Assembly: GCA_965112735.1 (NCBI GenBank)
Contig: OZ218952.1
Location: forward strand, 2,728,001-2,792,000
Source of the DNA: Phaeosaccion multiseriatum
Taxonomy: Eukaryota > Protista > Ochrophyta, other classes
Reading direction: 5' to 3'
DNA: 64,000 bases
The translations under genes were made by a program, and so were the position numbers. Under the pieces are notes generated by a model. The model did not search any database and was not told the DNA's origin. It saw only the letters and a list, made by a program, of their open reading frames with translations. Below are positions 54,688-64,000 of this stretch, piece by piece; position 1 is the first letter of the stretch, and the number at the start of each line of letters is the position of its first letter.

Positions 54688-55655
54688 GTAGTTATTCGAT
54701 TCGATACTTCAGTGCCCCTTGCGAACTCTTCATTGTTAGACTTGTTTTCATCAAACAAGACCAATGGAGACAAAGTACACACACACACACACACATGTTC
54801 GCGCGGCGGTGGCAGCAGAGGCTGGAAAGTGGAGTCATTGGAGGCGGCAACCCCCCAGCCGGCACCGTTTGACCCCCCCACAACTGGTGACTGTGCGGGT
54901 CCACAACGACCAAATCGGGGGGTGTGGTGTGTATTTCAGACACTCGGGGGGATGAGTCTGCAGTCCTCTACCCTGTACCCAGCCGGTTAGATTGCTCTCG
55001 ATGTGTAGTCCTCTGCCCACTGTTAGATGGCTCTCGCATCATCGACTACAGCGGGTGCCCCCCCCCCGACCTCTTGGCTGGACAGCCGTGTGTCTGCTCG
55101 AGCGTCACCACCCCTCTTGTTGATGGTATCCATGATGTGAAATGACAAAGTTTTCGCGATGAGAGTATACTTCATCTCCACACAGATTGAAAAGACATCC
55201 ATCATAAGACCATGCATGAGTCAAAGTCATCAAATTCATATCCCATTTCTCTTTCTTTCTTCTTCATCTATCTATGCCTAAGATAAGCATGCCGAGAGAT
55301 TGCAAAATGATCTCTTTCCCCGAGGTGCTGCCTGTGCTGCCTACTCGCGTCAAGCACCATTGTCCATTGTCATCGTGCGGTGAAGTCCCTCCTCCCTCCT
55401 CCCCAATTCCGTCTCCACCCATCCCCCTCGCCCTCTCTGGCGTTGGGGCTGCCCGGGCCGTGCCTCTGCTTCGATATAGGGATTCGATATAGGGATTCGA
55501 TGTACGGATGATTGATATCGATGCCGATGGATCGTGACTGCAACATATCTCTTCCTTTTCCTCTCTCTCCCTCTCCCCCTCCCCCTTCCGTCGCGTCCCC
55601 TTCCCTCCCTCCCTCCCTCTCCCTCCCGTATCACCGACTCCCTAATCATACTGAC

Positions 55656-56750
55656 TCATGACGGGTAGCGCATGGCCTCCTGATCGAAGCCAATGCAGGG
55701 GAAGTCCTTGGCGAAGGCAATGACATCATCGCGTAGCTGCACAAGCTCGGGATACTTGTCGGGCCCGTCCGCCAGTGCCGCTCGGTAGGCCTTGACCTTA
55801 ACGGTATCCTTCTTGATGTGCTCGGCGATCTTCACACCCCTGAGGAAGAGGAAAAGGACGAGGAGGAGGAGGAGGAGGAGGACGATGAGGAGAAGGAGGA
55901 GGAGGAGGAGGAGGAGGAGGAGGAGGAGAAGGAGGAGGAGGAGAAGCGAGGGAAGCAGGCAGGCACGGAGGGAGGGAGTGGAGGGAGGAAGGGGGGAGGA
56001 GAGAAATGGGTGTGGAAGGGGTTGGGTTGTAAAGAAGGGGTCAGTGAGGCAGTTGGCAGGCTAGATAGACGAGGCCAGATCAGGCCTCTTGGCCGACCGA
56101 AAGACAGAACCATCCACTCCTCTCCCTCCCTCCCTCTCTCCCTCCCCCCCTGTCTGTGTCACCAACTCCCGCACCTGTCAAAGAACTCTGCCACCTTAAC
56201 AAAGTCCTCCTCTGTGAAGCCACGTGTGGTGAGGGCCGGTGTGCCGAAGCGAATGCCCCCCGGCGAGAGGGCGCTCTTATCTCCCGGCACGGTGTTCTTG
56301 TTAGCCGCCATGTTGGCCAGCTCCAACACACGCTCCACCTAAGGGGTACGAAAGGGTATACACAAGGGTGGGTGGGTGGGTTTCAGGACAGAGGGTAGAT
56401 GGGTGTCAGGACAGAGGGTGGGTGCGAGGGTGGGTGTGTGGGCCCAGCAAGCCCACAGGCAGGGAAACGAAACGGCCCTCCGTGGTCGATATGATATCAA
56501 TCAGATTACCCCTTGTCACGTTCAGGATCACGCTGAGGGTACAGGCCGGTTCAGGGGAGAAACGACAGAAAGACAGACGCTCGTACACAATCAAAAGGCT
56601 GCATTGTAGCTGTAACGATGCCCATCCATGCCCACCCTCCACGCCCCTCACTCTCACTCTCTCTCTCACTCTCTCACTCTTTCTCTGACTCTCTGACTCA
56701 CTCTCTGACTCACTCTCACTCTCACTCTCTGACTCACTCTCACTCTCTGA

Positions 56751-56782
<32 letters not shown>

Positions 56783-59700
56783 AGGACTCACCCTTGCGCC
56801 ATCAATCTTGCATGGCGACGCTTGGAGGTTGACAAGCACAAGGTGGTTGTCTGTGCCGCCTGACACCAGCTCGTAGCCCATACCCATCAGAGCCTCCGCG
56901 AACTGAAATTGAAGTTTTATGCGACACAGTATGAGGGAGAGGGAGAGGGAGAGAGAGAGAGAGAGAGGGAGAGAGGGAGAGAGAAATACGAAGCATCGGA
57001 GGAGATACAGTGCAGGGCAATCAATAAAAGAGGAAGAGAGGATCCCCCCTCCCCTTCATTCTCTTCTCTCTACTCATGACTGCAACACAGTGCACAAGTT
57101 CTAACACACCTTCTTAGAGTTGGCGACGACTTGTTGCTGATATGCCTTGTAATCAGAGGACTTGGCATCCTTCAGGGCAGTGGCCAGGGCCGCAATGGTG
57201 TGGTTGTGGGGGCCGCCCTGTTGTCGTTGTTGTTAAGGGGGATGATGATGATGATGATGATGATGAGGAGGAGGAGGAGGAGGGAAAGGAGAAGGGGGAG
57301 GAGGAGGAGGAGGTGGAGGAGGTGGAGGAGGTGGAGGAGGTGGAGGAGGAGGAGCAGAAGAGGAGGAGGAGGAGGAGCGGAAGAGGAGGAGGAGGACGAG
57401 CGGAGGAGGAGGAGGAGGAGGTGGTGGTAATGGTGGTGGTGGTGGTGGTGGTGGAGGAGGAGGAGGAGATGGAGGAGGAGGAGGAGGAGGAGAAGGAGGA
57501 AGAGGAGGAGGAGGAGGAGGAGGAGGAGGAGGATGAGGATGAGGAGGAGGAGGAGGAGGAGGAGGAGGAGGAGGAGGAGGAGGAGGAGGAGGAGGGGGAG
57601 GGGGAGGAGGAGGTGTTTTCGGGTTGAGCAGTGGGTTGGTTAGTAGTACACAGAGCAAGACGGCCGAAGGGAAGGGAGGGTTGTGGTGGAGGAAAAGGCA
57701 TGAATACACTGTGCAACTGCAACTGAGTACGTTGCACTGTACACGTTCATTGACTTACCTGCAGGCCTGGGAAGACGGAGAAGTTTACCTTGTCCTCCAA
57801 ATCGTACATAATGGGCTCTCCCTTCTTAGTGGTGCCTCTCTGCCCCTTGCGGTAGAAGATCATGGCTCCACGAGGGCCACTGGAAGGGAGGGGAAAGAGG
57901 GCGGAGTGGACGGAGGGGACGGAGGGGAAGGGAGGGAGGAGAAGGGAGGGGAGGGAAGGGGGAGGGTGGGTGGGTGGGTGGTGGGTGAGGTGGGTGGTGG
58001 GTGAGGTGGGATGGGATGAAATGTGTTTTGGGACACACGTATACACACGTCTCCGTGTTCTCACGCACCGCAGCGACTTGTGGGTGGTTGTGGTGACGAT
58101 GTCTGCGTAGTCGAAGGGGCTGGGAAGGACTCCTGCAGACACCAGGCCGCTAATAGAGGAGCAAGGAGAGGAGGAAAAACACAAAAGAGGGTTGATTGTT
58201 ACGACGGGATGGAGGAACACAAAGAGAGAAGGAGAGGAGGGAGGGAGGGAGGGAGAGAGAGAGGCCCCGGAAGGAGTGGAAAGTGCCTTTGTAAAGCAGG
58301 TAGGTAGGTACCTTATGTAAGCTTACCTAATGTGCGCCATGTCTGCGAGCAGCCAGGCGTTGTGGTTGTCCGCCACCTTGCGGAAACGCGCGTAGTCCAG
58401 AGTACGGGCGTAGGCAGAGGTGCCTGCCACGATGAGCTGTGAAGGGAGGGAGGGAAGTGAAGAAGGAGAGAGAGGAGGAGAGAGGGGGAGGGAAGAGAGA
58501 AGGCGAGAAAGGGGGGGAGAGACAGGCAGGGGGCGTGTAAAAGAGTGCCAGTAACACGGGTCAGTGCTACGTTTTCATTCCATCCCGGGCCTCCCCCCCC
58601 CCCGCTCCTTCCCTCCTCTTCGCACCTCCTCTCTTCCTCCTCTTTCTCTCTTCTGCCTCCCTCCCCTCCCCTCCCCTCCCCTCCCCCTCCTTTGACCCCC
58701 TCACCTTGGGTCGGAAGAGCTTGGCGCTGGCCTCCATCGCATCGTAGTCAATGATACCCGTGCTCTCATCCAAGCGGTAGGGGAATGTCTCAAAGAACAG
58801 ACTGGTCATGCTAATCTTCTTGGTGTCTGTCTGATAGCCATGGCTTAGGTGCCCACCATGGGGCAAGTCCAGGGCCATGATGCGGTCGTGTGGTTGGAGG
58901 ACAGCGGTGTAGGCTTGGAAGTTGGCAGGAGAGCCCGAGAGGGACTGCACGTTGACGCCCCACTTGTCTGGGTCCAGGTTGAAGGCGTCGAGTGCTCGCG
59001 CCTGGCACATGCTTTCCACCTGTTGTTGGTGTTGGGGAAGGGAAGGAAGGAAGGGATGGAAGAACGGAAGGAAGCGCTGCTAAGCTCGAGGGCAACACTG
59101 CTGTCACAAAGGGCCAAGAAGATCGTTCCACCCTATTTCCCCCTGGGCTTGACGCTTTGTTGCTGGCCCACCCTCACACACCTTGTCGATCTGCTCATTT
59201 CCGCCGTAGTACCGCGCTCCGGGGTACCCTTCACTGTACTTGTTGCTCATGACACTTCCGAGGGCGTCAAACACAGCCTTGGAGGTGAAGTTCTCCGAGG
59301 CGATGAGGACGAGCGACTCCCGTTGCCTCTTCTTCTCCAGTTCCATAATGTCGAAGAGGTCAGGGTCAGTCTCGGAGAGGGGCTTGTTCATCACGAGAGT
59401 CCACTGCCATGATTGGGGGGCGAGTAGGAGGAAGAAAGGATAGAGGAGTGTGAATTCTCAGTAGGAACACCATGGTGTCAAAGGACAGAGGGAATCACCA
59501 AGGCGCCCAACTACTGGGACTAGAGCCAAATTGATACCCCGTGTCAGCTCGTATCCAAGCTGCAGAGCGAGTACGCTTACGCTCTGCGGTGGATGAACTG
59601 CGTTGGGCTGCGAGAGTTGCCCGCCGAGCTGGCGGAGAAAGGGGCCGCACCCGCTATGGGAGCGGGGGCGAGCGAGCGGACGGCCCAGAGCAACAGCCCT

Positions 59701-59900
59701 AACGAATAACGCCACGCTGAGCTCACTCAAGTTGTCCTCTCCTCGTCGTCATTGCCGCCATTGCTACTCTGCTGTCGCCGTCTCTCCAAAGGTTCGTCCA
59801 TGCCCGCTCTCCTACTTACCCTCCTGGTTTCATCTGTGATGGTCCTTCTTTGCGTGCTCGCTAGGGTCCTCACCCTGCTCCTCAGCACGGAACCCAGCAT
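55656..59900 (-). CDS. SHMT: Serine hydroxymethyltransferase, mitochondrial-type; ~10 exons
   Basis: Presequence exon 59900-59820 ([19 protein letters not shown]); LIASENF; [16 protein letters not shown]; [12 protein letters not shown]; [11 protein letters not shown]; PLP-lysine motif TTTTHKSLR; GGPHNH; GGTDNHL; NKNTVPGD. Confidence 0.97.
57265..57612. repeat. (GAG)n/(GTG)n intronic array in SHMT
   Basis: Directly visible. Confidence 0.9.
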
Positions 59901-60092
59901 GGTGAAGAAGAGTGCTTACAGTCTAATCCCTTGTGCCTTCCCTGTGATATGTCGGAGCAATGGGTTCAATGGAGAAAGAGGAGGGAAAAAGAAACACGCA
60001 CGACAAAACTTAAACCCAAACTTTAATTGGCTTACAATTTTGCCTTTGGCTGGTGCAGGCAGGCGCGCGCAGTTTGGAATGGGCATGGCCTA

Positions 60093-60323
60093 CGAGGCCA
60101 TCAGCCCCGAGGAGGATGGCCTGCTCACCAGCCTTGAGCAGCGATACACGGATATGAACGGCGACGGAAAATGATCGAAGACTAAGAAGGCAGAACTCTA
60201 CCGCGACTGCCAGCGAAGAGGTCTGCCTTCTTAGTCTTCGATCATTTTCCGTCGCCGTTCATATCCGTGTATCGCTGCTCAAGGCTGGTGAGCAGGCCAT
60301 CCTCCTCGGGGCTGATGGCCTCG
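60093..60323. repeat. Perfect inverted repeat: 102-bp arms (60093-60194 / 60222-60323) with a 27-nt loop; candidate hairpin RNA
   Basis: Checked base by base, the arms are exact reverse complements. There is additional outer pairing at 60065-60078 / 60341-60354. Confidence 0.95.
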
Positions 60324-61009
60324 CCCATGAGGGTTGCGTATCCAAACTGCGCGCCCATGCGCGCCAGGCGAGCCTGATGATGGTCCACCTCCGAGAAGTA
60401 CTCCGTTGGGCCATTCATTCGGACCCTCCAATGCCTCGGCGCAAGCTCATTTCGACCCTCCAATTGCCCTTATACCTCCAAATGCCCTTATGCCGTGCTT
60501 GGCGCAAACTCATTCCGAGCCTCCAGTAGAGGGGTCGGGAACGTGTTCCCTCACAAACCCGTGTGTGGTCCCTGCATGGCGGTGCCGGCGGTCTGTCGGT
60601 CTCCTGCGAGCTTCATTCCAAGCAGCAGCTGCTTGCCGCGCGTGACAGTGCTTCTCAGGGGTAGCTGCTAAGTACCACCGTGGCAACGCCTCACCAACTC
60701 GATCCCCTCACACTGCTGACCCTTGGCAGAGCCTCACCAACTCGCTCCCCTCACACTGCTGAGCCCCAGGTGTTGACTGTGCACGCCAAAGAGTCCCGGG
60801 TAGGGAGGGGTGTGTGGTCCCAGACACCACCCGTAGTAGCAGCACCAAAAACAGCAACGGCAGCAGCACAAGCTGCACCGGCAGCGGCAAGACGCCCCTG
60901 CGTTGCTTTGCCACTCACCGCCCCCCTCCCCTCTGCCCCCACGAGGAAGTTCCTCGCCGTATCTTGCACGCCACCTCTCCATGCTCCTCTCCATGCGAAG
61001 ACGTCCGGT

Positions 61010-61043
<34 letters not shown>

Positions 61044-61458
61044 CATCAGCTCCCCTTAAGGATCTCGCTGAAAGACGCTAATGGATCGCTCTTGATTCTA
61101 TTCCTTCCCACCAAGCTCCCATTCGTGCCGAGGGTAAAAGCAGGGAAGACAGTCAACTGCCACAGCCGGTAGAGGCAGCGCACTGTCACACTTTCACAGC
61201 AGCAGCAGCAGCAGCAGCAGCACCACCACCAGCAGCAGCAGGGGGGACAATCGCATCTACGCGGAGGCCTCGGAGGCCTCGGAGGCCTCAAGCCTCTCCC
61301 TCCTCCCCACCCCAAGAGACCAACCACATGGGAGGGCGGAGCTCTACCCCAAAAACAGAGTAGCCAGCTCCTGCCCTGCTCCTCCGCTCCTTTGTCCACC
61401 AGGCCCTGTATCGTGGAGTACCTTCCCTATCCCCAAAGTGTCAAAAATGCCTTCGCTC

Positions 61459-62369
61459 TTAGTGACCCATGAAAGTGTCCATGACAGCGGAGAAGGCCGC
61501 CAGCCCCACACACCCCACGCACGCTGCCTGGGGCCCCTGCTTGAGGCCCAGTAGGGCTCCTGTGGCACACCCGCTGTACACGGGGTTCATGACATCGTGC
61601 TTCCCGCGCAGCTTCTCAATGACACACTCCGTGCCCATGAACAGGGCTGCAGTAAAGGAGGACAGGACGCCGAGAGGAGAGACATACAGGGGAGAGGGTC
61701 GAGGTGAATAAACAGGAGATAAAAGAAGGCAAGGGGGGGGGGGAGGATTGGAACACAAGGTCCAGGAGATCAATTGGACTCTCTCCATATAGGCCAGGGG
61801 CCTCCTGCGAGTCTCTCTAGCGCTTGTCTTTGGTCGGGTTGTCTCTCTCACCCGAAAAGGAGGCGAAGTTCCTCCCCATCCTGACGGAGCGATCGGCCGT
61901 AGACTTGTACGCGGCCCTCATCTGCTCCCGGAGGGGCGCTTGCGGCACCTCGCGGCCATTCACGAGCTGGAGGGGAGTGTCACCCCCCATGGCCCCTAAG
62001 AACATCCCAAAGGCAATTCCCATACCGTACCCTGTGTTGGAGGAAGGCAAAAGGGGCAGTCAGGGTAGTTGGTGGGGGTGAGGCTCTGGGTCATAAGGAA
62101 AGAGCCCACCTTCGACCGTCTGAGCACCAACCTGCGGCAGTGCCCACGATGAGCTTGACGCCGCAGCTCTCTGCCATCCACGACGGATTCACGCCCGGGT
62201 GCTCGCCCCCCCGCACGTGGGACCAGGTCTTAAAGTAGGGAAGGGAGGAGACATGCGGGACTCCGGCCATGTGCTGCCGGGCCTCCGCACCCAAGCCCCC
62301 CCACACACCGGGTAGCGCGGGAGGAGGAGAAGGGGCTCCTTTCGACGAGGAGGGTGGGGAATCACTCAT
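61459..62369 (-). CDS. TIM22: Mitochondrial import inner membrane translocase Tim22; exons ~62369-62131, 62030-61851, 61648-61459
   Basis: [15 protein letters not shown]|[15 protein letters not shown]...RNFASFS|[57 protein letters not shown]. Confidence 0.93.
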
Positions 62370-62471
62370 TTGTATCCTTGTTGGGAAGGCAGAGGATACA
62401 GTGAAGGAGGGGAAGGATAAGAGGGGGGTGGGGCGGAAGAAACTGAAACTGAAACTGAAGTCTGAACCGAT

Positions 62472-62620
62472 GCCGGCCTGATATTATGGCCGGCGCCAGC
62501 CGGGTCTGATTCCTGATTATGACCGGCGCCAGCCGGCCTGATTACTGATTATGACGGGCGCTAGCCGGCCTGATTACTGATTATTGGCGCCAGCCGGCCT
62601 GATTACTGATTATGGTCGGC
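62472..62620. repeat. About 5 x 27-33-bp tandem repeat (GCCGGCCTGATTACTGATTATGRCCGGCGCCA) upstream of TIM22
   Basis: Directly visible; no unique spacers. Confidence 0.85.
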
Positions 62621-62721
62621 GAATACTGTAACCTCTTCCAGGGCCGAGAAGGCAGAGAGGCCGAAGTTCTATTACAAGTGCCAGGAGAAAGGACGCCAAA
62701 GTTCTATTGCCAGGAGCAGCA

Positions 62722-63986
62722 TCATCTGAGCAGGCCCCTCTCTGTGGCGAGACTGATAAACGCGCCCCAATTGTCGGGCCCCTGCTGTAGCACGCCCTCC
62801 ACAGAGTCCTTGACATAGCCAATCACCTGGCCAAAGTCACTGCGAGAGGAGCCTCGCTGAGCCCACTCCGAGTCCAGCAGCAGAAAGGCGATGACAAACA
62901 CCTCGAAGAAGGCCCGCTCCTCCCCAAACACGCCCCAAAACGAAGCCCTCGTGCTGACAAACTGTCCTCCCCGAAGGTCCAGTAAGTCAGCTAACATGAG
63001 TGTGAGGTTGTTCGCCACCACGGCCATAGGGTAAGTTTCGTCGGTCTGGGAAGCCTGCGCCCGGTACATGTCATGCGTGGCGTCCGGGTACTTGTCGCAG
63101 AGGTAGCTCAGATTGCGCAGGGCCAGGCAACCCGTCCCCTTCAAATCCTTTCGGGGCACATCGTCTGGGTGTTGGAAACCTGCCGACGCCCAGCGCTTCG
63201 TCGCTTCTCCTCCTCCTCCTCCTCCTCCTCTCGGAAAGCCCTCACCCGGGAAAAGCACCTCCCACACCACCTTCAAGTCACGCATGTGAGGCCCGGTCTG
63301 TGACATATCAAGGGGTGTGGACAGCAAATCGCCAAGGGCTTGGAGGTTGCGTGTCTCATGAGGAGAAGGGGTGCTAGAGCTGGCGGCCTTCCACAGCTTG
63401 GCCCCGAGCTTGGCGGCGCCAAAGCCCACGCCCTTGGCAACCTTGGCAGCCGAGAGAGTCTTGGAGGTGACCGCCTCCTTCCATTTCTTGTGCTGGGTGG
63501 CACATCCCGCGGTTTCCAGCGCTGCCCTCAGCCCTCCCAGGCCCAACGCTCCTGCCCCGCCCCCCCCGCCTCCCTCATCTGGGTGGTCAGAGAAGCCCCG
63601 ACCACTACTGCCGCCACTCCCGAAGCTACTAAATCTCCCGCTATTCCTCTTTCCGCCACTGCTGCTACTGCTGCCGGGGCTCGATGGTTGCTTCTGCCAA
63701 TGGCACATATCGTCCAACCCTCCACCGACCTCACCCACATCACCGCGAGCCCTGTATCCCCCTCCCCCTCCCTCGCCGCTACCACCACCTCTGTACCCTC
63801 CTGCTCCACTTCCTCCTCCTCCACCACCACCACCACCTCCACCTCCGCCATCCTGATACTCGTCTCCTCTCGTCGGCGATTTGGCGGGGGGTGGAGGCCC
63901 GAAGGCGTCGTTGAAGGAAGCGGTTGACGACAATGGGGGGGGAGGGGGCGAGCCGTAGAACGAAGACGATGACGGGGGTGCCGCGC
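62722..63986 (-). CDS. ELMO/CED-12 domain protein (5' part lies outside the window)
   Basis: KRWASAGFQHPDDVPRKDLKGTGCLALRNLSYL...YPMAVVANNLT...FFEVFVIAFLLLDSEW...DFGQV; AG acceptor near 63987. Confidence 0.85.
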
Positions 63987-64000
63987 CTGAAAGTGGCGGA

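Noticed and set aside
60172-60174. TGA readthrough or selenocysteine in the hairpin ORF remnant
   Set aside because: The surrounding frame is fragmentary, and a simple nonsense mutation in a relic explains it.
62472-62620. CRISPR-like array
   Set aside because: The units are contiguous with no unique spacers, there are no cas genes, and the context is eukaryotic.

Overview
This is intron-rich, microsatellite-rich eukaryotic nuclear DNA. It most likely comes from a photosynthetic stramenopile (ochrophyte), because two genes carry signal-peptide plus plastid/thylakoid presequences. By hand I can reconstruct about 16 spliced genes. They include ARF1, mitochondrial SHMT, TIM22, an ELMO-domain protein, a CCDC93-like protein, a Cdc24-like OB-fold protein, an ecdysteroid-kinase/APH-like phosphotransferase and a COPI-associated membrane protein; there is also an ankyrin pseudogene. 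Most ORF-track calls are artefacts of simple repeats. The most notable observations are: (1) a divergent myosin that splices in frame into a C-terminal Tubby domain; (2) a frame-preserving (CAG)n-TTGGTGATA-(CAG)n micro-motif at seven or more unrelated sites, mostly in exons; (3) a perfect 102-bp-arm hairpin made from a coding remnant just upstream of SHMT; (4) a Tat/thylakoid-targeted protein with ADP-ribosyltransferase-like motifs; (5) a PLAC8-PrsW protease fusion; (6) a lipoyl-like domain lacking its lysine; (7) a family of 10-bp minisatellites that share an ATGGCA core. All family assignments come from motif recognition by eye, not database searches, and all exon boundaries are inferred.
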